64,000 bases of DNA, taken from contig JAGTQD010000002.1 of the NCBI GenBank assembly GCA_018396405.1, forward strand, positions 4,316 through 68,315. The letters are read 5' to 3'. The position numbers and the translations under genes were made by a program. This document shows positions 1-8,419 of this stretch, piece by piece. The first letter of the stretch is position 1. The number at the start of each line of letters is the position of its first letter. The notes beneath the pieces were generated by a model that saw nothing but the letters and a program-made list of their open reading frames with translations, was not told where the DNA came from and did not search any database. The stretch is from Candidatus Bathyarchaeota archaeon. GTDB taxonomy: Archaea; Thermoproteota; Bathyarchaeia; Bathyarchaeales; DTEX01.

Positions 1-1353
1 TAAGCGCATTAATCTCTTTGATGCGCTTTCAAGGAACTCTAATGTTTCAATATTCTCAACATCGCCTATATGTTGTGATAGGAAAGCCTTATCGCCCACT
101 ATTAAACACGCGGTATTATTTTTCTCGCCTCCTAAGCCAAGCGCGCCCCATTTAGCCTTAAACTTTAGTCTGACTGGCTCAGGCGCGTATCCCCTCGACC
201 GTCTAATGAAGACAGTTTTACTCCCATGTAGGCGTAGAACGGAATCATCGCACCTATTAGCTATCCGCCTATCATGAAGCAAGAAGTAGTCTACTAGGCC
301 GCGTAATTTCTTAAAGGCTTCCTCCTCATCCTTAATTATTGGCTGGTTTGGTGGGTTAGCGCTCGTCATAACGAAGGCTGGATCTGAGACACCATCGAAG
401 AGCATGTAATGTAGCCCAGTATATGGAAGCATTACTCCAACATTATGTAGGCCTGGTGAAACCAGGTCAGATAGATAATAGTTTTCGCTCTTCTCTAATA
501 GAACTATTGGGCGCATTGGGGAGGTTAATACCATTTCCTCCCATCGGCTAACATTAGCGAATGTTTTTACCGCCTCTAAACTCCTGGCCATTATTGCAAA
601 TGGTTTCTGCCTCCTATGTTTCGCCATCCTGAGCCTTTGGAGCGGCTCATCTAAGAGAGTTGAGGCGGCTATGTGGAAACCTCCGTAACCCTTCACTGCA
701 ACAATATGGCCCTCTGAGACAATTCTCCCAGCCTCCCTAATCGGATCCTTGTGATTAACCATTTTACCGTCAGAGTCCACTAAATATGCCTTTGGACCAC
801 ATTTTGGGCACGCAACGGTCTGAGCGTGGAACCTCCTATTAATTGGATCTATATATTCGGATCTACAAAAATTGCACATCGGGAAGTCGCGCATCGTGGT
901 ATTCTCTCTATCGTATGGAACATCCTCTATTATAGTATATCTTGGCCCACAGTTTACGCATGTTATGAAGAAATAATTGTATCTTGGGTTTGTGGGATCA
1001 CGCATCTCGGCGAGACATTCGTCACATATGGCTATGTCTGGCGGTATAACCGAACCAGATAATTCTGTCTCCTCGGTGCTTTTGTATATTTGAAAGTCCT
1101 CGTAATATTCTTTAGATCCCTCGATCGGCGCAGTTATAACTCCATGTATTCTGGCCAACGGAGGCTTTTTCTCAACAAGGTCTCTTAAAAAGTTCTTTAT
1201 GTCCTGATCCGTGCCATCAACAATTATTTCTACGCATGAATCCCCTCTATTTCTAACGTATCCCCTCAAATGGTTCTTAACAGCAATCCTATATACAAAT
1301 GGGCGGAAACCAACCCCTTGAACTACACCCGTAACAATTATTTTTAAACGCAT
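1..1353 (-). CDS. hypF: [NiFe]-hydrogenase maturation carbamoyltransferase HypF, N-terminal ~451 codons (gene runs off the left window edge)
   Basis: The minus frame is open from position 1 to the ATG at 1351-1353; it is absent from the ORF track because it has no stop in the window. Hand translation gives MRLKIIVTGVVQGVGFRPFVYRIAVKNHLRG (acylphosphatase domain), then PDIAICDECLAEMRDPTNPRYNYFFITCVNCGPRYTII (HypF zinc-finger motifs). Confidence 0.9.
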   Translation of the reverse strand, partial: MRLKIIVTGVVQGVGFRPFVYRIAVKNHLRGYVRNRGDSCVEIIVDGTDQDIKNFLRDLVEKKPPLARIHGVITAPIEGSKEYYEDFQIYKSTEETELSGSVIPPDIAICDECLAEMRDPTNPRYNYFFITCVNCGPRYTIIEDVPYDRENTTMRDFPMCNFCRSEYIDPINRRFHAQTVACPKCGPKAYLVDSDGKMVNHKDPIREAGRIVSEGHIVAVKGYGGFHIAASTLLDEPLQRLRMAKHRRQKPFAIMARSLEAVKTFANVSRWEEMVLTSPMRPIVLLEKSENYYLSDLVSPGLHNVGVMLPYTGLHYMLFDGVSDPAFVMTSANPPNQPIIKDEEEAFKKLRGLVDYFLLHDRRIANRCDDSVLRLHGSKTVFIRRSRGYAPEPVRLKFKAKWGALGLGGEKNNTACLIVGDKAFLSQHIGDVENIETLEFLESASKRLMRL

Positions 1354-1417
1354 AATCAATATTCTATCCTATCCTAAAATCCTAAAAATTATGTTAGGGA
1401 TTATTTATTTTTTGTCA

Positions 1418-2296
1418 CTAAACCCTTTCCAAAATTTTTGTGGGCTTTACTCGCAACTCCTCAAAGCCCAAGTCTTCTGGCTGCATGCCCATGGCTAGGC
1501 CGAGGAGCTGAGTATAATGCAATACTGGGATGTCATACTTCTCGCCGAACATCTTCTCAACCCGCAACTGATTAGCATCATACATTATGTGACAGGCTGG
1601 GCAAACTGTTATTAATGCATCTGCGCCAGCCTCCTTAACATGGAGGAGCTTTTCTCTGACAAGAGAGAGTGAGATTTTATCATCTATAGCAGCTATAGTC
1701 GAGCCGCAGCATTCGGTCTCACCAGCATACTCAATCGGCTTTGCCCCAGTTATACTGATGAGCATTTTTAAAGCCCTCGGGTTCTCAGGATCCTCAAAAC
1801 CAATATACTTCTTTGGTCTCGATAGATGGCATCCACTATGCCCAGCAACCCTAAGGCCCCTCAGCGGCCTAACAATCGTCTTCTTAATATTGTCGAGACC
1901 AACATCCTCTATCAGAATCTGAGAGATGTGCTTAACTTCTATATTCCCCTTAAACTCTAAGCCGTCCTCCTTCAAATGCCTATTAATTTCCTCCCTAAGC
2001 ACCTTATTCTCTTTAAGTATCTTGCCAGTCTTTTTCAGCGTACCAGCACATCCAGGGCATAGGGTTAAAATGTTTAGGCCAACCTTTTCTGCTATGGCAA
2101 GATTTCTTGCAGACAGAGTGAGCATCAGCTCGTGGCTTAGAGGCTCTAGCGGAAGACCACAGCAATTAAATTCTGGCATCTCAACTAATTCCACGCCTAG
2201 CTTATCTAAGACTTTCCTCGCAGAGATCTCGTAGGAAGAGACTCTGTAAGGAATAGCGCAGCCCAGATAAATCAAGTATTTCTGACTCATACCCAT
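1418..2296 (-). CDS. Heterodisulfide reductase subunit B-like protein (two CCG domains), copy 1
   Basis: Two complete CCG-domain cysteine patterns: GCAIP..EFNCCGLP..CPGC and SGCHL..ECCGST..CPAC. The likely start is ATG 2290, overlapping the upstream stop (ATGA). Confidence 0.8.
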   Translation of the reverse strand: MGMSQKYLIYLGCAIPYRVSSYEISARKVLDKLGVELVEMPEFNCCGLPLEPLSHELMLTLSARNLAIAEKVGLNILTLCPGCAGTLKKTGKILKENKVLREEINRHLKEDGLEFKGNIEVKHISQILIEDVGLDNIKKTIVRPLRGLRVAGHSGCHLSRPKKYIGFEDPENPRALKMLISITGAKPIEYAGETECCGSTIAAIDDKISLSLVREKLLHVKEAGADALITVCPACHIMYDANQLRVEKMFGEKYDIPVLHYTQLLGLAMGMQPEDLGFEELRVKPTKILERV

Positions 2297-2844
2297 ACTT
2301 TAGCCTCCCCACCCTTCTTGGGTTCTCCTCCAAGGAACTTTTCAACACCTATATTCCGGAGGATCTTATTTAGGCCCTCAATGTTGACTTTCGGTAGCGG
2401 CGGAAGGCCGAGGGCCTCACGCCTTTTAATCCTTGATTCAGGAATCTCGTAGATGTAGCCAGTTTTAACAAGGGTTCCTAGGAGAACTCTATATACTTCT
2501 GGTATTCGCCCCTCCATTACAGCCATATTCTTTAATACTCTTATCACGCTTGCAACCTCAACTCCCTGGGGGCACCTATCAGTACACGTGAAACATGATG
2601 CACAGAGCCAGAGGAAATCGCTACTTAAAACCTTCTCTCTCAGCCCCAGCTGAGCCATCCTAATAATTTTTCTAGGCCTATATTTATCACTAAACCTTGC
2701 AATTGGGCAATCTGATGTACACGTCCCACATTGGAAGCATTGTAGAAGCTTCTCTCCACCCGGCATCTTAGTGACTTCATATCTAAACTTTGGATCTATC
2801 TTGGAATATGCAGATACGCTTTCTTCCCCGACTGCCTTGGACAA
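2287..2844 (-). CDS. Heterodisulfide reductase subunit C-like 2x[4Fe-4S] protein
   Basis: 185 aa with two ferredoxin-type motifs, CFQCGTCTSDCP and CASCFTCTDRCP. It sits directly upstream of, and overlaps, an HdrB-like gene. Confidence 0.75.
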   Translation of the reverse strand: MSKAVGEESVSAYSKIDPKFRYEVTKMPGGEKLLQCFQCGTCTSDCPIARFSDKYRPRKIIRMAQLGLREKVLSSDFLWLCASCFTCTDRCPQGVEVASVIRVLKNMAVMEGRIPEVYRVLLGTLVKTGYIYEIPESRIKRREALGLPPLPKVNIEGLNKILRNIGVEKFLGGEPKKGGEAKVWV

Positions 2845-2920
2845 TTTTTATCCTCCTACATGAACCTTTTAATTATTTTAATAAAGAAAAGGGGGATAAA
2901 AATGTGCCTATCTCAGCATG

Positions 2921-3817
2921 CTAAGGTCTTCTAGCCCTCTCTGAGAGATTTGTGAGGAGTATCTTTGCCCTCTTTATATTCTCTATTTTTCTCCTACAGT
3001 TTGGGCATATCCTCATCGAATTATAGATGTTATCATGATAATCCTTGTATATTGGAACCTTCTCCTCAACCACACGCTTTAACGCCCACTCTATCTGCTT
3101 CTCTGGGAAGAATGTTCCACCGCATATAGTGCATGAGAGTAAATTGACCTCATTCTCAACCCTAGCTGCCCGTGGGTCGCTTGTCAGCAGATGGTATACT
3201 CCTGTAAGCCTTATTGCCTGAGTGGGACATTCGTCTTGACAGAAGGCGCAGAATGTGCAGTGTCCATAATTAACTCTTATGATCCTCTTCTCCGGCCCAT
3301 CAATAACTTCTATCGCATCGGCGGTGCATATTTGGGCGCAGGCACCACATCCAATACATTTCTCTCCATCAATCTCATGTCTGCCACGAAAGCCCTCAGG
3401 CGTTTTCCAGAATTCCTCCTTCTCCTCGATCTTCACGCCAAGTATGTCGGCTATAGCTTTAATAATTGCTTGTGGGCGGGGCGGGCACCCAGGAATATAA
3501 TAATTGACTGGAATAAGTTTATTCGGCGGGCCGATAATCGGGTAGCCCTTATCGAAGATGTTTTTGGTGATTGAACAGTTCCCTACGGCAACAACTATTT
3601 TTGGCGGATTTATCTTCTCATAAACCTCTAATAGAGCTTTCTCACCCTTGATTGTTCCGGCGCCAGTTAAGATTAAGACATTTGCCTTTTCTGGCTCCTC
3701 GACAACCTCGACACCAAGATTAGCAAGTCCATAGCGTGGGACAAGACATTCTAAAATCTCTACATCACAAGCGTTACATCCAGCCGAGAGGAAACGATAA
3801 ACGGAAATTTTAGCCAT
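2921..3817 (-). CDS. [NiFe] hydrogenase small subunit (NuoB-like, group-4 type) fused to a 2x[4Fe-4S] NuoI-like domain and a C-terminal CxxC..CxxC motif
   Basis: The N-terminal ~135 aa carry GCNACDVE, GNCS and IPGCPPRP (proximal-cluster ligands of short NuoB-type small subunits). These are followed by CIGCGACAQIC and CTFCAFCQDECP, then CTICGG..x37..CPNCRRK. Confidence 0.8.
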   Translation of the reverse strand: MAKISVYRFLSAGCNACDVEILECLVPRYGLANLGVEVVEEPEKANVLILTGAGTIKGEKALLEVYEKINPPKIVVAVGNCSITKNIFDKGYPIIGPPNKLIPVNYYIPGCPPRPQAIIKAIADILGVKIEEKEEFWKTPEGFRGRHEIDGEKCIGCGACAQICTADAIEVIDGPEKRIIRVNYGHCTFCAFCQDECPTQAIRLTGVYHLLTSDPRAARVENEVNLLSCTICGGTFFPEKQIEWALKRVVEEKVPIYKDYHDNIYNSMRICPNCRRKIENIKRAKILLTNLSERARRP

Positions 3818-3833
3818 ACAAAATCACCTCCAA

Positions 3834-4970
3834 TTATCTTAGGGCAATAATCCTCCTCTTCCCGGTCCTGACATCAACAACCGTCACGCGGTCGGTGCAG
3901 GCGAAGCATGGATCAATACTCTCTATCACAGTCCTCGCATTTCCGAGTCTCTCGCCCTTAAGCATCTCAAGTATAGCAAAGTTATTAGCGTATGAAGGTG
4001 TCCTCACCTTGACTCTCTCTGGAATATTTGTTCCATTGGACCTAATATAATAGATTAGTTCTCCACGCGGGGCCTCCACCCTACCAACCTCCTCGCCAAC
4101 TTTAGGCTCACCTGGCTTGACAGATATATCTCCGGGCGGTAGATTGTCAAGTGCCTGCTCAATAATTTTCATGCTCTCATATGTCTCTCTAGCCCTAACA
4201 AGGGCTTTAGCGTGGACATCACCATCCTTCTCAACTATTACCTCGAAGTCAAGCTTATCATAGGCTGCGTATGGATCATCCTTCCTTATATCGCTGGCTA
4301 CCCCAGAACCCCTTAAGGTTGGGCCCACTGCGCCGACTTCTATAGCTTTGTCTCTCGGCAATACTCCCACGCCCTTAGTCTTCTTTGTGAAGACTCCGTT
4401 GTCATCTAATAGTGACATTATGTAGTCTGAGAGAGGCTTAAGAGTCCTCAAAACCCCACGTATTTTCTCAGCCTTCTCTGGCGTAATATCTCTGCGAACC
4501 CCGCCGATAGTATTTATTGCATAGTTAATCCTATTTCCAGTCAGATACTCAAATAAGTCCTGTATTATTTCTCTCTCACCCATTATCTTTGCAAAGGCTT
4601 CATGCTCATGTAAGCTGTGAGCTAGTATGCCAAACCATAGATAGTGGCTGTGTAGGCGCTCGAGCTCCATATATATGCATCGGAGATACTTTGCCCTCTC
4701 AGGAACCTCCACACCCATCAATCTCTCAACTGTCTGAGCATAGCACAGCGTGTGTATCCCGCTACATATTCCACATATCCTCTCCGCCAAGGCAAGGTTC
4801 TGCATGTATGTCCTCGTAGTAAACAGCTTCTCTATACCCCTATGCATATAACCGAGTTCCATCTTAGCATCAATTATCTTATCACCCTCAACGAGAAGCT
4901 CAAAGCGCTCCGGCTCAACTAGCTGCGGGCGGTATGGTCCTATATAAACTTTCTCCGGCATCCAGATCAC
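3834..4970 (-). CDS. [NiFe] hydrogenase large (catalytic) subunit, group-4 / NuoD-like
   Basis: N-terminal metal-site motif RICGICSGIH and C-terminal DPCFACTDR, followed by a 17-aa tail (VTVVDVRTGKRRIIALR). The 378-aa length fits Ech/Mbh-type subunits. The start is GTG 4970 (overlapping the upstream stop) or ATG 4961. Confidence 0.9.
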   Translation of the reverse strand: MIWMPEKVYIGPYRPQLVEPERFELLVEGDKIIDAKMELGYMHRGIEKLFTTRTYMQNLALAERICGICSGIHTLCYAQTVERLMGVEVPERAKYLRCIYMELERLHSHYLWFGILAHSLHEHEAFAKIMGEREIIQDLFEYLTGNRINYAINTIGGVRRDITPEKAEKIRGVLRTLKPLSDYIMSLLDDNGVFTKKTKGVGVLPRDKAIEVGAVGPTLRGSGVASDIRKDDPYAAYDKLDFEVIVEKDGDVHAKALVRARETYESMKIIEQALDNLPPGDISVKPGEPKVGEEVGRVEAPRGELIYYIRSNGTNIPERVKVRTPSYANNFAILEMLKGERLGNARTVIESIDPCFACTDRVTVVDVRTGKRRIIALR

Positions 4971-5839
4971 ACCCCCAATTTCTTAACTAATTGTTGAACA
5001 GGACTCCTATGGAGCTCTATGAGCAACTCTTTGGACGGGACTCCAAACGATAGGGCGAGTAGCTCCATAAGATTTATGCATGGAATATTGAACTGGATTC
5101 CATATGGCCTTAACATTACCTGACCAAGCTCGAACTGTATCATGCATGCTGGGCATGCCATGACCACGGCATCTACCCCCGCGCTGTTGATCCTGCTTAG
5201 CTTCCTGGCTAATCTCTCCTTAAGTGAGAATTCCTCGCTGGCTTGCATGCTTGGGTAGCCGCAGCACATCCGCTCAAGACCATAATCTATTACTTGTGCT
5301 CCAGTCCGCTCAACAATTTCTCTCATCATTTTAGGTTTACGCATTATATCCGCACTCTTATATTCACGGTAAAGGTGGCAACCATAGTGTAATGCGACAC
5401 GAATCTTCTGGGGCTTAACCACTAACTTCTCAATATTGCCTAAACCTACATCTTCATAGAGAACCTCGATCACATGTTTAATATCGATTTTACCCTTATA
5501 TTCCCTTCCATACCTCTTCAAAATATTGTTGACCTTGTCCCTCTTTTCGGCATCATGCTTTAAGATCTCATTTGCCTCGGCTAAGGTTTCATAGCAACCG
5601 TTGCACAGTGTCATCATATTTATGCCTAAGTCCTCCGCTAAAGTAATATTTCTCGCGGATATTACTAGTGCAGCCTCCTCATCTATTAGGCGGGATACCA
5701 CTGGTTCTGGACAGCATGAATAGCCGAGTAATTCAACCGTCTCCACACCAAGCCTCTCAAAAACCTTCCTTGCGGCTACTTCGACATTTGGTAGACGCAT
5801 CGGGATCTGGCATCCAAGGAAGAAGGCATATTTAACCAT
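4967..5839 (-). CDS. Heterodisulfide reductase subunit B-like protein (two CCG domains), copy 2
   Basis: Patterns LGCQIP..YSCCPEP..CNGC and YGCHL..RMCCGYP..CPAC. The gene lies between the NuoC-like and large-subunit genes. Confidence 0.8.
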   Translation of the reverse strand: MVKYAFFLGCQIPMRLPNVEVAARKVFERLGVETVELLGYSCCPEPVVSRLIDEEAALVISARNITLAEDLGINMMTLCNGCYETLAEANEILKHDAEKRDKVNNILKRYGREYKGKIDIKHVIEVLYEDVGLGNIEKLVVKPQKIRVALHYGCHLYREYKSADIMRKPKMMREIVERTGAQVIDYGLERMCCGYPSMQASEEFSLKERLARKLSRINSAGVDAVVMACPACMIQFELGQVMLRPYGIQFNIPCINLMELLALSFGVPSKELLIELHRSPVQQLVKKLGV

Positions 5840-5856
5840 ATCATTCCACCTCCAAA

Positions 5857-6540
5857 CTACTTATACCTAAGCTTCTTTTTCTCCCAATCAAAGCCAGCTC
5901 TTTCACCCATGCCAGACAACTTTATGATACCGTGATACTCGCTTAAGGCCTTCTCATCCGTGAAGGGGAATGGGGCGGATTTTGGTAGACCAGCTTCTTC
6001 ACGTTTCTTCTGGACAAAAGCCGATATAGGCGCCACGCAACCACTCGCCATCAAGGCTTCGGCAACCGGCCTAGCCTTCGATGGTAACACTCCCTCAAAA
6101 GGCTTCTTTAGCGGCCTCTTATCTTCAGGCCAATCTTTAGTCAATATTAGGCCAGCGGGCTCAGGCTCCGGGTGATTGACTAATCTGATACCAAAGAGGT
6201 CTGAGATCTCCCTCTCAATGAAGTTCGCTGCTGGAACAAGGTCAGCTATGGATTCGAGTATTGGATTCTCTTTAGGCCTTATAGTTCTGATCGTTAAGAC
6301 GATACCGTCAATGTGGAAATGATATAAGTATTCTATGTCTAAGCCAGCATCAACAGCGGAGAGCGTCATGAAACGCATATCTCCATATTTGTTCTTTAGG
6401 GCTTCAATAGCCCTTCTAACGGCTTCTGACTTAACATTAGCGAATATTCTCCTCTCACGCTGCCTATAAACCTCTATTAAGTCAGCTCCAAGAATACTCT
6501 TTAAGTAATTCATTATCTCGGACTCGATAGGCGAAGCCAT
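5857..6540 (-). CDS. NuoC / 30-kDa-subunit-like hydrogenase component (EchD/MbhK-type)
   Basis: 227 aa with the NuoC-type signature FIEREISDLFGI and no Cys clusters. It lies within the hydrogenase operon. Confidence 0.7.
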   Translation of the reverse strand: MASPIESEIMNYLKSILGADLIEVYRQRERRIFANVKSEAVRRAIEALKNKYGDMRFMTLSAVDAGLDIEYLYHFHIDGIVLTIRTIRPKENPILESIADLVPAANFIEREISDLFGIRLVNHPEPEPAGLILTKDWPEDKRPLKKPFEGVLPSKARPVAEALMASGCVAPISAFVQKKREEAGLPKSAPFPFTDEKALSEYHGIIKLSGMGERAGFDWEKKKLRYK

Positions 6541-6544
6541 AACA

Positions 6545-7030
6545 CTATACCCCCAAATAGCGTTTTCTATTAAATTCCCAAGCCTCTTTCCTCAACGCAA
6601 CCCTAATGGCTTGCGGAGAGCAGAATTTAGCGCACTTCGGGTCGCCATCACAGAAATCGCATTTTACTGCAACACGCCGCTCAGCATTGAACCATGGGGC
6701 TGAGAGCGGGCAAGTAACTGTACATGTCTTGCAGCCAATGCATCTTATCGGGTTTATTTTAACTAAGCCTGTTATCTCATCTTTTACAGCTGCCTCGTTC
6801 GGGCACGCGGCAACGCAAAGAGGCTCATCGCAATGATGGCAGTATATCGCCTCAAACTCACCAGTCTTATCATCGAATATTATATGGAGGTTAGCCTTTT
6901 CTAAGCCGATCTCCTTGAAGTGCTGGTAAGAACACGCAATCTGGCAGAAGAGGCAGCCAGTACACCTTGTTGGATCATATAGAAGAACCTTTTGCTCAGC
7001 CGTGTTGGTTTTCATGGTCTTTTCCCTCAA
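6545..7030 (-). CDS. Four-cluster [4Fe-4S] ferredoxin (HycB/DmsB-type electron-transfer subunit)
   Basis: Four cluster motifs: CTGCLFCQIAC, CHHCDEPLCVAACP, CIGCKTCTVTCP and CDFCDGDPKCAKFC. It is the first gene of the operon. Confidence 0.8.
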   Translation of the reverse strand: MREKTMKTNTAEQKVLLYDPTRCTGCLFCQIACSYQHFKEIGLEKANLHIIFDDKTGEFEAIYCHHCDEPLCVAACPNEAAVKDEITGLVKINPIRCIGCKTCTVTCPLSAPWFNAERRVAVKCDFCDGDPKCAKFCSPQAIRVALRKEAWEFNRKRYLGV

Positions 7031-7129
7031 ATTTAAATTACATATAATTTAAGTTTGAAGTATTTTAGATTTTCCTTAAGATTGGAAATAGTTAACCTTT
7101 TAATCACTACGTTCATAAAGATTTTGTTG

Positions 7130-7645
7130 ATGTCAATTGAGAGTGAGCTTAAATCTTGGCTGAGTGGTTATCAAAGACTTGTTATTCTCGGGGTCGGCAA
7201 CCCCCTTAGAGGAGATGATTCTCTAGGATTAGCAATCTTAAGAAGAATAAGGGGGAGGCTCCCAAGAAATACTAAAGTAATATATGGTGGCGTAGCTCCT
7301 GAAAATTTTATCGGTAAAATAAGGATGCTTAAGCCATCACATGTTCTCATAATCGACGCAGCCCTCTTCGGCGGAAAACCTGGTGAGGCTAGGCTTATCC
7401 TGCCTGAGCAAATATCTGACATGACCATATCTACACATACCATACCACTCAGCTTACTGGCCTGGCTAATTCAGAGGGAGACTGATGCGAAGATCGCTCT
7501 GCTGGGAATAGAACCAAAAAATCTCGGCTTAGAGGAGGGGGTTAGTCAGGAGGTTAGGGAGGCTATTGATAGGTGTGCCAAGATGTTGATAAACGTAATA
7601 AATGAGTGCTGGAAGAATTCACGTAGCCTAGCCAAAGCGAATTAG
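7130..7645 (+). CDS. hycI: Hydrogenase maturation endopeptidase (HycI/HyaD family)
   Basis: GVGNPLRGDDSLG motif near the N-terminus. I prefer ATG 7130 (MSIESELKSW...) over the TTG at 7055 used by the ORF track. The gene is divergent from the hydrogenase operon. Confidence 0.85.
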   Translation: MSIESELKSWLSGYQRLVILGVGNPLRGDDSLGLAILRRIRGRLPRNTKVIYGGVAPENFIGKIRMLKPSHVLIIDAALFGGKPGEARLILPEQISDMTISTHTIPLSLLAWLIQRETDAKIALLGIEPKNLGLEEGVSQEVREAIDRCAKMLINVINECWKNSRSLAKAN

Positions 7646-8419
7646 CTCGGCTAGGCTCGGTATATAAACGAAAAAGCACACATAAAGGGAGAGAACAAGT
7701 ATTATAATGGAGATTGAGATGAAAAGATAATCTTTCACGCCCATTTTAAGCGTATATAGGTTTGTGCGCTTTTTCGATGCGCCCCAAGCCCTAGACTCCA
7801 TAGCCTCAGCAAGCTCCATGCTCCTCCTTATAGCGCTAACTATGAGGGGTATTAAGATTGGTATATAATTTCTAATCCTCTTTATAAAGTTCCCCCGCTC
7901 AAGCTCTAATCCACGCGCCTTCTGCGCATCCATAATTGACTGCGCTTCCTCAGCCAAAACTGGAACAAATCTTATCGCAGTTATAAATGCAAAGCAGAAT
8001 TCATAGGGCACACCCATCTGTTCGAGAGATAGGCTGAGCATATCCGGCGATGTTGTAGCGAAAAATATTGAGAAGGATTCGACTAGAATTATAAATCTAA
8101 GCGTCATAGCCACTGAACGCTCTATAATTGATAGTAGGGATGGATAACCGCCATAGAAGTAGAGTGATATCATATTTGTGATGAATATCAGCGCTGCAAA
8201 GAACATTGTGCCCCTCATTAAACGTAGCCACTCTCTCTTAACCTTGGCCATTATAACTAATGGAATCTGAGAAAAGAATAATATTAATAATGGTATCAGC
8301 TGACTGAATAATACTGCTATAGCGAATAATATGCATACGTAGATGAATTTGGCCCTTGGATCAATCCTATGTATGGGCGAGGAAATATTTCTGAATCTTA
8401 AACCTTCAAATACGCTCAT
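7628..8419 (-). CDS. ecfT: ECF transporter transmembrane (T) component, EcfT/CbiQ family
   Basis: 263-aa polytopic membrane protein with the coupling motif DAQKARGLELERG. It is immediately downstream of two ECF-type ATPase domains, with a 4-nt overlap. Confidence 0.8.
   Translation of the reverse strand: MSVFEGLRFRNISSPIHRIDPRAKFIYVCILFAIAVLFSQLIPLLILFFSQIPLVIMAKVKREWLRLMRGTMFFAALIFITNMISLYFYGGYPSLLSIIERSVAMTLRFIILVESFSIFFATTSPDMLSLSLEQMGVPYEFCFAFITAIRFVPVLAEEAQSIMDAQKARGLELERGNFIKRIRNYIPILIPLIVSAIRRSMELAEAMESRAWGASKKRTNLYTLKMGVKDYLFISISIIILVLSLYVCFFVYIPSLAELIRFG

Noticed and set aside
826-1062. 78-aa plus-strand ORF
   Set aside because: It is embedded antisense in hypF, whose zinc-finger motifs I translated directly from this interval.
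7055-7129. TTG-initiated 25-codon N-terminal extension of the maturation protease
   Set aside because: The extension (KYFRFSLRLEIVNLLITTFIKILL) lies in the AT-rich divergent promoter spacer. ATG 7130 gives a protein of normal HycI length with the GDD motif at the usual distance from the N-terminus.
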